Source: Takakia lepidozioides
Lineage: Eukaryota; Plantae; Bryophyta
Direction: 5' to 3'
Length of the DNA stretch: 64,000 nt
Assembly (NCBI GenBank): GCA_030704615.1
Contig: CM060732.1
Location: 42,966,001 to 43,030,000, forward strand
Part shown: positions 51,201 to 64,000 of the stretch, piece after piece
How positions within the stretch are numbered: position 1 is the first letter of the stretch
Layout: each line of letters opens with the position of its first letter
Notes under the pieces: model-generated
What the model saw: only the letters and a program-made list of their open reading frames with translations
What the model was told of the DNA's origin: nothing
Databases searched by the model: none
Made by a program: the position numbers and the translations under genes

Positions 51201-52083
51201 TTCTCAAGCATTGTTTGCATGCAACTCAGCAAGTTAGACATTAGAAGTTCCATCACTAGAAGGGATACTGAAGCTGATGCTAAGAAAACTTGAGTGTCCA
51301 CATGCACAATTTTGACCAGAGTGACTGTGTGCAGTCAATATCAGGAAAGAGGTCGGGCCAATAAGCATGACGTTCACCATACCCATGTTCAATGCGTCTA
51401 GGCTGCAGGTACGCATTTTGTACACTACCACAATCTCAGCCAAGTTTTGTGTTCATTCCAGTTGTGAATTGGTTGCAAGTCATTGGATAGTGATTCTTGA
51501 TGTGGCTAGTCTATCCGGAGTTAAATGAGGAAGAGAAGCCTGGGGGAAGTTGACAACATCTTTGTGGCTGGGTTCAGTTTGCTGGATTTTGTATTTTCCC
51601 CCACCCCTCCCCTCCCCCCAACGCCTCTTTGATATAACCCTGAAGACTATCATGAACTTTCCAAAACACTAGCACAGGTGCTTTTGAATCAGATGGGGTT
51701 TTGTATTAGCTGTCTTCTGAAGAGAGTGTACCTAGGCAAGTAATGATGTTGAAAACATCATTATCCAGACAAGAAGAGTTGATTGTACAGTTCAAAGCCT
51801 GTCATTAAAATCCTGACTTCCACATCATTCGCTATAAGCTGTGTGCTTGGCCCTGAGCTAATTTAATATACAGTGGTGTTCACCAATCCGCTAAAGTTGG
51901 TGATGCATGTATATTGTCACTAAGCTCACTTAGATCTCAACCAGAATTTAAATGTTTGTATGTGAGTGGCTGGCTTGTTGGCAGGTGCGGTACTTGCAGA
52001 TTGTGAAGAAATCCAAAACATACAATCCTTATCGCTGGGTCCGATATGTTACTCTTGCCAACTCTTATGTCATTCGGACATGA
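45212..52083 (+). CDS. AP4M: AP-4 adaptor complex subunit mu (13 exons)
   Basis: Exons read MISQFFVLSLRGDNIVFRDY|RGDVPKGSAEIFFRKVKFW...APPVF|NVDGVNYLHVK...SLRKNFVLVYELLDEMI|DFGYPQTTSTE...|KREEVFVDIIEKISVTFNSS|GYILTSEIDGTIQMKSYLSGNPEI|LDDCNFHESV|VPPDGEFPVMNYRMTQEFKPPF|...|GPISMTFTIPMFNASRLQ|VRYLQI..KSKTYNPYRWVRYVT.ANSYVIRT*. Introns are GT-AG. Confidence 0.95.
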
Positions 52084-53380
52084 TATTGTGCAATTCATGT
52101 GCAGTTTGCAACTTGTAAACAGTCTGGCAAGATTATACTGATGAACATCCTCAGAATTGGTGCATGTTGTCAAGAAACTAGATCATCCCATAAGTTCATA
52201 TTCATTGTGCATTTAGTCAGGTCAAATAGGACATTATTAAGATTATGGACTCAATACTTGGATCTTCGATATGGTCTTTCACAGGGGTTGCATATGTAAT
52301 GACATGGAGTGACTAAGATGTGGCAAGAGGATGTGCTGTTAGAGCCAGCAACTTCTATATTTTTAATAAGATCCAAGTGAGGTGTTTCCTTGACACTGAT
52401 GTTATGGGCTCCCTCACCCTCCTCACAAAATTTCAAAATTTATGTGGTGAAGTTTCTTGTGCAGGTTTTGTAAGACCCTAGTCCTTGACCCTAGATAAAT
52501 GTAGAGACCCTAGCCCGTACAGAATTGTGAAAGGTCAATTGCCAAAAATGAACATTTAAGCAGAATTAGTATGGATAACATAAACAGCTTCGGGTCTACC
52601 CACTGGAAGAGACCACTGGAGCTTAATCCTGGTGCATCTTCCACACAAAAGGATACACCTACCTGCACTGGTTTCTTCGCAAGCTTGATTCCATGTTACA
52701 TGTGCTATCAATACACAAACACCATCCTATCATAAAGCCTAATTGCATGGCAAAATTGTTTTGCAATTAACTGGGACTTGTTAATGTCGCTCCTTTACCT
52801 GTCCAAGTATCCCACTTATCATATCCAAGTCCAGAAGCTTCATGCTGATTGCCTGGCCGACATGACACTGTCAATTTCAGAAGCCCATGTTGGGCTCAAA
52901 GGGAGTTAAAGGGTTGAGGTCATCCCAAGCCAATGCCCAGTTAGGCAATCACTAGGTCCCAGCCAGCTGTTAACACAGGTCCCAGAACATTTAAAGGACA
53001 TCAAAACTGGATACCCATGGTTTTGCCTCCATGACTTCGACTTAGCCAAGACCCAGTGTGCATTAGCAACCACACAAAGTGTTTCTCATGAGTTGAAATT
53101 TAGTACAAATGCAAGTCACACCAACAGATTCACACCAACAAAACCCATCACCTCTGAACAAGGTATCCTCCAGAATGTACTCACAAATCTAAAGTTTCAA
53201 CAAGATGTTGATGCCGAACCATACAGTACAGAGAAGATCCAATGGACAGTCTTGTGCTTGTCTACTCCATCAAGAGGGCACAGTGATGAAATAAGGATTG
53301 GATTCGCCTTCAACAAGATGTTGACAGTGAGAGCCCAGAAAAAACGTGGCGATCGAGAAGGACAATGAGCTCCTGTTCAT

Positions 53381-54733
53381 CTATTTAACACACAGGATAT
53401 CAAGGGGGTTGTGACTGTAATCCCCGTCAATCTGAAACGTCAAATGGAAATCGTGTGCCGTATCTAGAAAGTGCAGCAGAAACACCATGACAACTGAGCA
53501 CACAAACATGGGAATGGGCCCAAACAGCCATAGCAACAATGGGAAACAGAAATAGAAGCCCCTCAATCCCAATGAAAAGAAGTTGGTACTTCGATATATG
53601 AATTGGTTCACATAATCTGGCGTCAATCCAGGTGCACTGCCCACAGGAATTGTTATGAGGAAACTCACATGGCTGGTGTAGCGTATCGCTTGCACATGAC
53701 AAATGAAGGCAAAGAGAAAGCACAGCAAGATGCTGAGATACTTAATTGTCAGTGCCACACCACCAGTCTCCCCATACACAAGGCTCAGAAGTGGCCTCTT
53801 CACTTGCCCCCCATTCGAACTGCTCACAAGTGCTGCAATGGCAGAGCTCAGCGTAATAGATGTGGAGGCCAGCAGTGTAGATGCCATAATACTGTTTCGC
53901 AGCGTTTGCACAGCTAGCACTCCATTCTTAGTGCCATCCTGTCATACCCCAAACAAACTTGCTTATCACAACATCAGGTTTCAAGCATAGGAAGGACCCC
54001 TCCTAGCATGCACTTGCAGTCATGTACATCTTGGCAACTGCATGCTGGTAAGTCTTCTGTGAGGATGGAACAAATCAAAACATTAAATAGAAGTCCAGCT
54101 AGACATTGGAAGTCCCGCATACTCAACAACCAAACAAGAGAACAAGTCCTCCCAGTTGGCTGTATTCTTGTTTTCTGATATGCCACCATAATGCAACATG
54201 AAAGCTGGAACAAAAAACAGAAAGTGCCTTTTTTCATACACAGCCATATAATTTAACAACTAGGTGGGATCCTTTCAAAGAGAAAAGCTTATACCTCTCG
54301 CACTGCAAGGGTGCAACTGGGGCACTAAATGGCAAAAGATAATCACATATTGCGAGACAACAATATAAAGTACTCACGTTGTGCCCTCTGAGACAATGAA
54401 GAATTAGCTCCGGCAGAGGGGCCTGGCGTGTGTGTCAGGATAATATCTACCAACACAAGTTACATCGCAATCTGCGTTTGAAATTGCAGTGGACTTTAGG
54501 TGTACACTTCAGGAAAAAAACATTAAGAGAAGGGGCGTAAAGCCAAGACGAGGATGGGGACGCACGCTCATGATGTTCTCCACCCAGGCACGCCTATTCA
54601 GGTGGTTGATACCGATGACAGTGGACTGAGGATATTTCCGCACGCGATATAGGAGCTGCAAATGGTATCCAAACAACAACAAAACGCCTACCGGCACCAG
54701 CACCAGGTCCAGGTCCCCCTCCTTCCATACCAT
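53381..54733 (-). CDS. DUF599-family membrane protein (2 exons: 54733-54566, 53938-53381)
   Basis: MVWKEGDLDLVLVPVGVLLLFGYHLQLLYRVRKYPQSTVIGINHLNRRAWVENIMS|DGTKNGVLAVQTLRNSIMASTLLASTSI...FFSLGLRGFYFCFPLLLWLFGPIPMF...LHFLD, with a phase-0 GT-AG intron. Confidence 0.93.
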
Positions 54734-54999
54734 GCTTCCAGCCCTGCCACTATCGAATCTTGACTTCTCACTAAGAGTATGCTAGAATGTTCTGGGGCGC
54801 GGATGGTAAGCCCTGAGTTGCGATGGACACTTCCCTTCCTTCCCTTCCCCTCCTTCCTTTATTCACCTACCCAAGGACACATCGACCCAGTAGGCTAGGC
54901 GACTCAACAACCATCCGATACCTGAATTCTTTAGTTCAAGCAATCTCATCAGGTGAGCCTGCCCTTCCCAACCTCCCTACTTCAACACTACAGGCTTCA

Positions 55000-55075
55000 A
55001 TCTAATGAAAGGTGTCTCTAACAGGTAATGCCGATACTTTTTTACGGCAAAAATCATTCCCAGAGCCTCCACTTG
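55000..55075 (-). mobile_element. Small Ty3/Gypsy RNase H remnant
   Basis: EALGMIFAVKKYRHYLLETPF matches the Gypsy RNase H motif EALAxVFAVKKFRHYLLGxxF. Confidence 0.6.
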
Positions 55076-56453
55076 CTCCAGATCCCTCAAATCGCCCAGA
55101 CTCCATAGCTTCTGCATCCCTGCAGTTTGTGGCCCCGGCGCCAGGAGCTGATCCAACCGCTTTCCACCTGGCAACCTCTCCTGCCATGCAACTCATCCTT
55201 CATCCGCAATTCATCCTCCTCTGTCTGACTGTAGCATCAAGGATCCAGGGGCTCTGAGCATCGAATCATCCTCTGCTTTTGCAAGCTTGTCACCAATACC
55301 CAACACCTGCCTCATCAATTCAACATTCTCTTCAAAAAGCGTAAATGCGTTGGCAATTCTCAACAATCCGATAGAAATCAGCCACCAAGCCTAGATCTGC
55401 AAGTGAGATCAGGTCAAAAACAGAATGAAACAGCACCTCATTTAGTGATTAGCAGGAATCAAACATGCAAGTAAGTAATCCCCCCCTCTCATCATCGTCG
55501 TCGTCATCACCATCATTGCTCGCCTGCGCGCTGCCAGATGCTACCCTGCCCGCACAAGCCGAACCCTAGATAATCTCTGCCGTCTATGTGTCAATATCCA
55601 ACGGTTAAAAGTTGTTACAATTTTTTTATCTAATCGCACGGATCATGGTTATTTAGATGCTTTGATTTAGTGTAAATAATCGTCCTGGGGTCTTTTGATA
55701 ATCATCGAAGAATAGTTTTTTAACTGCCCGCTGCCCGAGGATGCCCTAGGCGGGAACGTCCAGGTCAGGCCGTGCCTGCTGGCCCCCATTGTCTCCATCG
55801 CGCGCTGGATTTGTGGGATACTTGGAGCTCTAGCGTGCACATTCACCATGCATGCACTAGGGCACTGAGTGCTGATGTAGAATTTCTTATAGGTTGGACG
55901 CTCTTCGCCTCATGCCTGCCGCATTTGTTCGTGAGCTTCGGTCGGATTCGCTGTCTTGGGGACTGAGCGCATGCACTGGGGCATTCGCATTGCTTTGATG
56001 TGAAGGAGTAACGTGTTTTGGCCGGGGCAAGCTGTGAAACTTCCGAAGGGAGTCGTATCTTACACCGCAGAGGGTTGCATTGAAGGCTGATATTGGGAAG
56101 GCTTGTGCTGGATTTGGTGGCGGTTCTTCTGGAAGGTATGGCACATTGCATTTCTATTGATCTCCCAATGTCCCGTAGGTTCTTGATATTTAGGAACATG
56201 TTGCTCGAATTCTAAGTTAACCTCGTAGGGTCTGTTGGTGGGTTGCTGGACTATGGAACCACGCCGAGCACCAAATGGGTGCATACATCATGGTTATGTT
56301 CTTTGGAAGTGTGGTGGACAGCGATATGATGCTTATGAGTTTCGCTCAACATTATCATTGCAGCTTCGTGCCCTACTACCTTCTGTCGAGGCTCTCAGAT
56401 ATGCACGAGTTGGTTGTGATATATTAAAGGAGGGTGACTAGGAAGGCAGTACA

Positions 56454-59400
56454 ATGGAGGCACCAGTAGCAGTTGGACATACGGGGGTTTTACCTATTCA
56501 GGGGCAGGGTGGCAGAAGAGAATGGAGGAAAGTAGCCGAAGGGCCCAACGGTAGGGAGAGAATGGTTGGAGATGCTTCTAGCAACCAGGCAAGAGCAACT
56601 GCAGCTGGACGGCCACGCTCTAGTAATGTAGGTCAGGGACGAAGCAGTAGGAATGGCAGGATGTTTCATCCAGGAAGCAGTGGACATTCGAGTGACTCTG
56701 ATCATCATGGAGGTGACGCCGGTGGGTCACACTTGATGGGAGGGCCAGTTTCGCCTCAAGACTTAATCTCTCAAAGTATAGGTCAAGGGGATGAGACATC
56801 ACTCTATGAAGAGGTGTGTGTCCGCTTCCCATAGTTGTCTTCAGAAGAGGCAAGTGGGAAAGTGAATCTGCGACCCTAATGTAGCTCACACTGTGACATT
56901 AATCTTAGCAGAGTAAAGAGACTGGATTTGTGGGAAGTCTAGGGTGGAGGATTACTCTGCATATTTGGCTCAAGACTATTTGGCTCCTAGTCTTGGGCCA
57001 AGGAACAGACTGTAAAGTGCATTGAACTGAGATCTTCAGGACAATTGTAAGGGCTACATGTACAGTACTGTGTTATTACTCAAAAAGTGAATTCAACTAA
57101 AACGAAGTTGCTCATTTCCAGTAGATCGTCAAACACATTAGATTTCTTTGTACACAATGATATAATACCCTGTCCATCACCATATGAGCCTTTAGCCTTA
57201 CAAACTGACCTATAAATACATGGAGTGTCTGCTCTTTAAAGTGATTAGGTGGTTTCCCCAGTACTACCCATGCAAAAGTTGCACATTGAACTTTGCATAA
57301 CTTTGTGCACAATTTTTCTCCCATAGTGTACCAGGCATGCATCTATCTCCCCTCAACTGCAATGGGGCATATTGTTCCCCAGAAAAGATTGTTCCCAGCT
57401 ATTTTTGGCAAGTTGGCCACTTTGGCTTTCCATGCCTCTTTTGAGCATCAATGGAGGTGAATGGGCCTTTTGCAGCAAGGCCTCCGTATTGTAGTCAGTT
57501 TTGCAGTAAGAAAGTAGGTTATCCCCTCTCAGTTTCGCACAGTCCCATTCAATGTCACACAACGAGCTTATGGACAGTGGTGGCATGTTTCAGATGCATT
57601 GTGTGCAGCAGCAGAGCGAGCATGTCTCGATGACTTCCTTGCCAATGGATTCAGGACTTGGCACCATGGAAAATCCCGACGATGCCCTGGAACAACGCCT
57701 TCATGACATAACCAGACAAAGAGAACAGTTGCAACAAGCAGAGGTGGAGCTACGGGCTCAGTTTATTGCGCGCTCAGAAGTGATGCGCATCCGGAGTAGC
57801 TACGATGAACAATCAAAACAGCATTCTGACCTCGTTGCCAGTCTCCAGGTACATTCTGCTCTCTATATATCTATCGGAAGTGCAGCAAAGTCGCCTCCAC
57901 CACTTCCCTTCCTACATTTGGAGAAGTCCCATTGGATATTGAAAATGAAAGTTTCTTGCCAGACTTTCCTGGTGTTGAAAGCTAAGAAATAGGAGTGTTA
58001 TGGTGTGCATGTCGTCTTCTTGGGTTAGGGTAAGGATGTTGGCCATGGGTCTGCTTTGATTCCCCCAATCAAACAATCAAACACTCATTTCAAACGTGCG
58101 TTCTAGGAGATTGTGTAGCTATATCCTAGAGTTTTGGAGATGGAAAGCTATGGTATCATCTAAGTCCTTTGCTTTGAAACTCGAGGGGATGGCCAGCAGA
58201 ATTGCACTTTTAACTAATACTCTTTCGTGGGCATGAGAGGTTCATGATGTATTCTTTTGTTTGGAAGCATCCTTCAGTCACTTGAGTCAAGGTTAACTAG
58301 AAAGCAGATAACATTAATTGAGTCCTTTCTGATTCAGGCAGATCAGGTTGGGTGGTATTTGTACATTTAATCTTGTATTGCTGTGACCCCAAGTAGTAGC
58401 TGATACATGGCAGGGGGAAATTCAAGAGAGGGAGCAACAAATACATCACTTGGAGCAAAACCTTGAACAACAAGAGCAACAGCTGCGGGCAAACCAAATG
58501 CAGGCAACTGAAGCTGTGAGGCAATTTGTAACCATTTGAGAGTTATATGTGACCAGCTTCAATGAAATTGAGGATCTCACGGCACATATTTTTCAATAAC
58601 CTACTTCGATTGCTACTCTGCAGGTTTGGGCAAAAGATGGTCTCTTGCGGGAGCAAACCAATGAGCTTGCAAGTTTGCGGTATGTGTTGGGCATTCTGTT
58701 GCAATGAAATAGCATGGTTTGCAATGCAGTACTAGCCCTCACCAGTGAAGAATAGTTGAATCTGGACAAAAATCCATTTTGAGTTTAGCGTTATGCAAAT
58801 TGAGTATTGTTCATCCTTTGTTGTGTTACTGCTTGACTACTTATGATTCCTGTTTGTGTCCTACGTTTTGGAAGCCACCACAGGCTAATCCATGATGTCA
58901 AGACTTGCATAGTGCACTAGAGTGTTGGATCAGTATTAGCCCTTGCAGATGAAGAAACTGTCAATTCTGGACAAAAATACATTTTGTATTACCCTTATGC
59001 AAATTGAGTATTCTATCCTTTGTTATGTTGCTGCTTGACTAATTATTTATGATCACTACGTCTTGGAAGCCATCTCAGGCTACGCCATAATGTCAGTACT
59101 TGCATAGAGCAATGGAGTTTGTGATCCTTCTGACCTATCTCACATTGCTTGAATGGCTGGCAGTCGAGAGCGTGACAGTGCTGTGACTGAGCACCAAGCA
59201 GTAACAGCACAACTTGACGCAGAAAGAGCAGATCTCCTAGCCCAGCTGGAGCAATTGAAGGAGCAACTCCATGAAAAGGAGCGACACATGCAGGAAGTTG
59301 AAGAGCAGGTGATGATTTGCTGTCACGGTGGAGTTTGTGATGGATGAGCACTATGGTCAGGCATCAAACACAAGCATGTAGCTTCAGTTCACACCAGCTC

Positions 59401-62400
59401 AACCAACACCTGTGTCAAAATATGTTTGTGCCTTCAGGGTTCATTATTTCTTACAGCTTAGTCATTGAGAGGTTTCAAAGGAAAACTATGTGGCAGTTTA
59501 GGATGGAAACCCACCAATGCTTTATGAGGAAGTTTTGCAACGTATATTGCAGAATGATGCCACATCTGGGACATTTGGCAGTGTTTCACTTTCCTTCTAA
59601 TCCTAAGAAAATGAGGATTGGCAATTTGTTGACCAATGCGAGGGTGATTATCACACTCAAGGTTTGTGTAAGTTATGATTCTAGTGGAGAGCTGATAGGC
59701 GGATGGTTATTGGGGCAGCAACGTACAACACAGGAGATACTGCTGTTCAAGGAGGGGCAGCTACAGGATGCACAGGCTTGGATGGCTCGAGCTCAGGAGC
59801 TGGATGCGTATCATGTCAATGCAAACAACACCTTGCATGCTGAGCTGCGTGACCGCACTGATCAAGTGAATCAACTATGGATGGGCTACCAGAGGCAGGT
59901 TAGACAGTGATGGTGAAAAATCTTGAAGTGGGTTGGTCAGATTTGAGTCTCCATCTTGAAACGTGCTAAAATAAATCGTTTTGAATGGGAATAGTGCTAA
60001 TTGGGGTCCTCCTCTTTTTTAAGCTCATCTGCCAACATGACAGTTTAAAAACCAGAGTTGTCGTGACCGCAGTCTCTCCTGCAGGTTGGTGTCTCTGACT
60101 GAGAATGCCTTGGTAGAGGCTGACTGGATATTTAGAGGACTCGGTGAGTGCACCCTTAGACTTTTTCCCTCATAGTCGAACTCCTCGGAGTGAGGAAGTT
60201 TGACGATTGTGAGAGTCAATAGATTGTTACCTCCGTGCTAGTGCTTGAACTTTCAGAAGTTAATTCTAGATCCCTGTCCCAAATGCATAAATTTCCCTTA
60301 TGAAAATTGGTGAATGAGATGACTGGGTTTTGTATGTGCTGGGGGCCAATGTTCACAGCTTCAAGACATGGAGAGATATCATGCTCAGGTGATTCAACGA
60401 TTGCAACTAGAAGTTACTGAGGCCCGGGAACAAAATCGGATCCTCAAAGGTGCTACTCCGCCAGATCGTCCAGAAATCAAGGATGAGAGACAAGCTCATG
60501 CAGGCAATAACAAAGAACTATCACAGAATGAGGAGGATTCGGGGATGAATTGTGCCAAAGCTACAATGGCAAACGGTGGTGGCAGCATCCGCGGCAATCT
60601 CTCTAATGGAACCACCGAAACTGCTCTTCCGGCCATGGTTGCTTGTGAGGGCCCTTTAAAGGTTAGCGTGGTGGGCCTGAGAGTGTAGAGTCTTACGAAG
60701 GATGTATGTTTATGTCCTGGTTGGAGTTGTTAAGTACTTGCAGATTGCTTCTGTGCAGTACCTTCATTTGGACACAGGACCCCACTAGCTGGAAAGCCTC
60801 ACAAAAACATCTTGCCCCGAGAAACGGTTTTTGGGCAATGCCCTCACCTCCTGAAAGATCCGGGCAGTTTCTTTCCAATGATATGAGCCCAGACAGAAAT
60901 GGACTACTAGAGGCTGCCATCTGGCATAGCTTCGCAAGTCTAATAGAAAATTGAGGTTCCTTGTGTCAGGTGCTTCCGTAGCTGTGCGATAGGTTTTGAG
61001 TTGGGGGAAGGTTTTGACTATGGAGTAGTTGCTTGAAAGGCCAGGTGTTTTGTAGCAAAGATCTTTGACATTATGTGATCCTGCCTCTACTTGCTTAGGA
61101 CTATGTGGAAATATACGCAGTTACCATTTAGTCTAGTAAACTGGAAGATGGCTTCCCTGGTAATGGTGATCATTGGACATTGGATCATTTCTTTAGCACA
61201 CAAAAACGCCCATCAGACTAATGTGCATGCTGTTAGGTCAAACCTGTGGGAGCTTCTCAACATGTCTGCCATTGAAGATAGGAAAGCTTCACCATACTAA
61301 GCATTATGAATCTCCCCTAGTTCTAGATTGGTCACATAAAGAGTGAAAGTCGCATGAGCTGTCTGGTGTTTCTAATCTGTCTGTGGATGAGACGTCAGCA
61401 GGTATTTTGAAGTTTCTCTTCTACTCTGCAGTCTTAGCAGCGGTAACTGCCTGGTGCAGGTGGAGCAGGCCACAGGACATCCAATAGTCACACTGGGAAT
61501 GGCTCCAGTTCTGCCATCTGCTGCAATGGGACCTATACATCAGTTTGGTCTGCACCAGCAGGTGATGACTCCTGCTATGCAGCCTTCACCTGTGCCAGTA
61601 CCCCAGCCTTCTCTGCCACAGTTGCAGGCCCTTCCTTCTGTGCTACCCCCACCACAGCATCTGCCTCATATGCACCAACAGGTTGGCATCCAATGTCTTC
61701 AAACTTTCTTTTTAATGTGCCGTTGTTTACAGCAGTTGTGCATTTCAATGGCAGTCTCTGATGTGTTTTCCTGAAGTTCTCCTGTCCTGCATCTGCCGAT
61801 ATTAGACAAATGCCTAGGTGTCTTTTAATGTGGTTTCTCTTGTTCTACTTGCCTCAGGGCCACCCACCGACATCTTAAAGTCCTTTCTTTCCTACAGGAG
61901 GTCATATATTGAAGGTGAAGACCTATAGCTGAGTGTGAAGTTTGTGGGGCAGGTGATTCATGCTCATCAACACCACAATTCTCAGCAACAGCAATCTGTG
62001 CAAGGGCCACGTCAGGGCGGGCCCTCTTCAACCATGCCAATGCAAGCAGTGCAGCTGTCTCCAGCACATGAGCATGCAGCAGGAGGTCAGGAACAAGGAG
62101 CAGTGGTGTTGTTGCCACCATCATCTGCTCAACCCCATGCTACTAATTCTTCCATGCAACCATCTGCTCAGTTAGGGCAGCAAGCACCACCAGTCTCTGA
62201 GCCAGTGCAGCCCCACAATGAGGAGCATCAGGTGCAGATGTCTTTGCACCCAGCTCATAGCATTTAGAATAGTAGTTGACTGACTGCAGAGTTCCCTGGA
62301 AGCCATCCAATTGTGCAGTCGACTTTCATTGTGTTTGCATCAGATGTTGCCTCACTGAGTGTTGGCGGCGGGCTTGGGCTCTCGCCACATATAGTGATAT

Positions 62401-63909
62401 GCCTCAAGCACTAAATTCAGGGCCTCAACTCCAGCTCAAAGTGTGGTTGACTACCGGATCCTACTTGTTCTCAACTCTCAGTGGTAGTCCAGTTACCTTA
62501 TGCAAAATGAATTACCATCTTAACTTCTATAGGAAACATCCAGCCCCTCAACCTCTTGTGTAAACATGCTATCAGGAGCAGCCGCAGCAGGCAGAGCTTT
62601 CCATCCAGCACCATCGACAATCTAGTGCTCCACAAGAGCGACAGGTATGCACCATTAGCACTCACACTGTCTAAACTGAACTCAAATTAATGGGTTACAA
62701 GCTCCAAACTTTTAGTGTGCAACTTCTCCTGCAGGCATATGGGCTCCCATGCCTTGTGGCAACGCCTATGCAGCAGATCCCTCCGGTAGTACCCTGATTA
62801 TTTTCAGTGAGCTTGTCATGTCCTTGGCATAAATCAGCCGCAGGTAGAGTACATGCACCTTGTCTTCGTTTTTCATGCTCATCCATATATAACCTATATA
62901 ATGTGGACTATGCTCTCTGAGCCTAATCTCTTTAGATTGCAAAGAAGAAACTAGGCCTGGAACTCTTCCAGGCTGGATTCCTTGAATTCACCCTGAAGAG
63001 GTTTCCATTTCTGTACTTGACTTGGCTTGAGTCCCTTCTCTATTCCATCAATTGATTGGTTCTGCTCAAACTGGGCACAGTCTATGGCCACAAGGCTACA
63101 GCAAACAACATCTCAAGAGTACATTTATTCGAATCAATTGATCTTGCAGGGCCCTGAGCCAATGAGGAGGCTGGAGCAGCAGCAGCAGGCTCAAACACAG
63201 AAGCAGGTGCATCAGCAGCAGCTCCAGAACACAGAAGCCCAGCAGCTGCAGCACCAGCAAGGAATCTCCAGCACGATGCAGCACCTCTCTGCTCCTTCGG
63301 CTGAGGAGGGACATCATCAGCAGCATGAAACATCTGGCACCAAGTCAGTCTTAGACAAGCAAGAGCCAAGGACCTCGGCTACCACTGCAGTGACAACATT
63401 CCCAGAGGCAAATAGCAAAACTGCCGAGCCTGTGCTGCTGGATGAGAGGTCCTTGTTGGCGTGTCTTGTGCGGGCTGTTCCTGCTGAATCCAACTCTAAA
63501 ATTCGGATCAGCTCTACGGTATGAATTTACCGACACAATCACAATCTTATGGGTTTGTAAATTTTGGATGATGCTGTTTGTGAAGTAAGCTGTTCCAGTC
63601 TTTCTGTGATCTGCTAATTGGAAGTCTACTGTAAATGAGCTTTGTCCTGTTTGAATGTGTATGTCTTGTTGCATTTAGTTCTATTGAAGCTAACTGTAGT
63701 TGCATGGATGTAATCACTTGCCAACAGTGGGAATGCTCTCAGTTTTTGGGTTTGAACTCTTGAAGTTGAACATCTTGTGATTGCGAGCAATTTTCGCATT
63801 ATCCTTGCAGCTGCCAAATCGACTCGGGAAGATGCTGGCTCCTCTCCATTGGCATGATTACAGGAAGCAGTATGGTCGTCTGGACGAGTTTGTTAGCTCC
63901 CATCCAGAG
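56454..63909 (+). CDS. Conserved plant coiled-coil/Gln-rich protein with C-terminal globular domain (DUF7725-like); incomplete, continues beyond the window
   Basis: N-terminal RREWRKVAE, then SLYEE and LEQRLHDITRQREQLQQAEVELRAQFIAR. Coiled-coil exons (WAKDGLLREQ, RERD, QEILLFKE..L.DAQAWMARAQE) are followed by P/Q-rich exons, LLDERSLLACLVRAVP..IRISST and the exon 63811-63909 LPNRLGKMLAPLHWHDYRKQYGRLDEFVSSHPE. Confidence 0.88.
58725..59110 (+). repeat. Intronic diverged tandem duplication (~200-bp unit)
   Basis: tctggacaaaaat...ttatgcaaattgagtatt...ctgcttgacta...ttggaagcca...acttgcatag occurs twice in succession. Confidence 0.75.
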
Positions 63910-64000
63910 GTACTCTTCTAGGTTCTGTCTGTGTTGGAATCCATTTCAGTTTTGCTGGGACACCTCAGCAAAGTTTTCACAGTCTTCTGTCTCCAGATCT

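Overview
Nuclear DNA of a land plant, most likely a non-seed plant. The evidence is many short GT-AG introns, PLS-class PPR remnants, a P5B-like ATPase and plant-type TE families; the taxon cannot be fixed from sequence alone. The left ~28 kb is TE-rich: a Helitron remnant, an L1 LINE with candidate TSD, CACTA-type ends, a fold-back TIR element and a degenerate MULE transposase. It also holds scattered gene fragments (an ABCC exon, two halves of a trihelix factor, an OSB-PDF-motif/PPR pseudogene) and one apparently intact, unusual two-exon gene encoding a ~1382-aa TPR + right-handed beta-helix + DUF4470 (methyltransferase-like) + CS/HSP20-like protein. The right ~36 kb is gene-dense: a multi-exon P5(B-like) ATPase with an atypical SPLLP M4 motif and intronic LINE fragments, AP-4 complex subunit mu, a DUF599 membrane protein, and a coiled-coil/Gln-rich protein gene that runs off the window. 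No rRNA, tRNA or CRISPR array was recognised. All domain calls come from motif recognition by eye, not from database searches.
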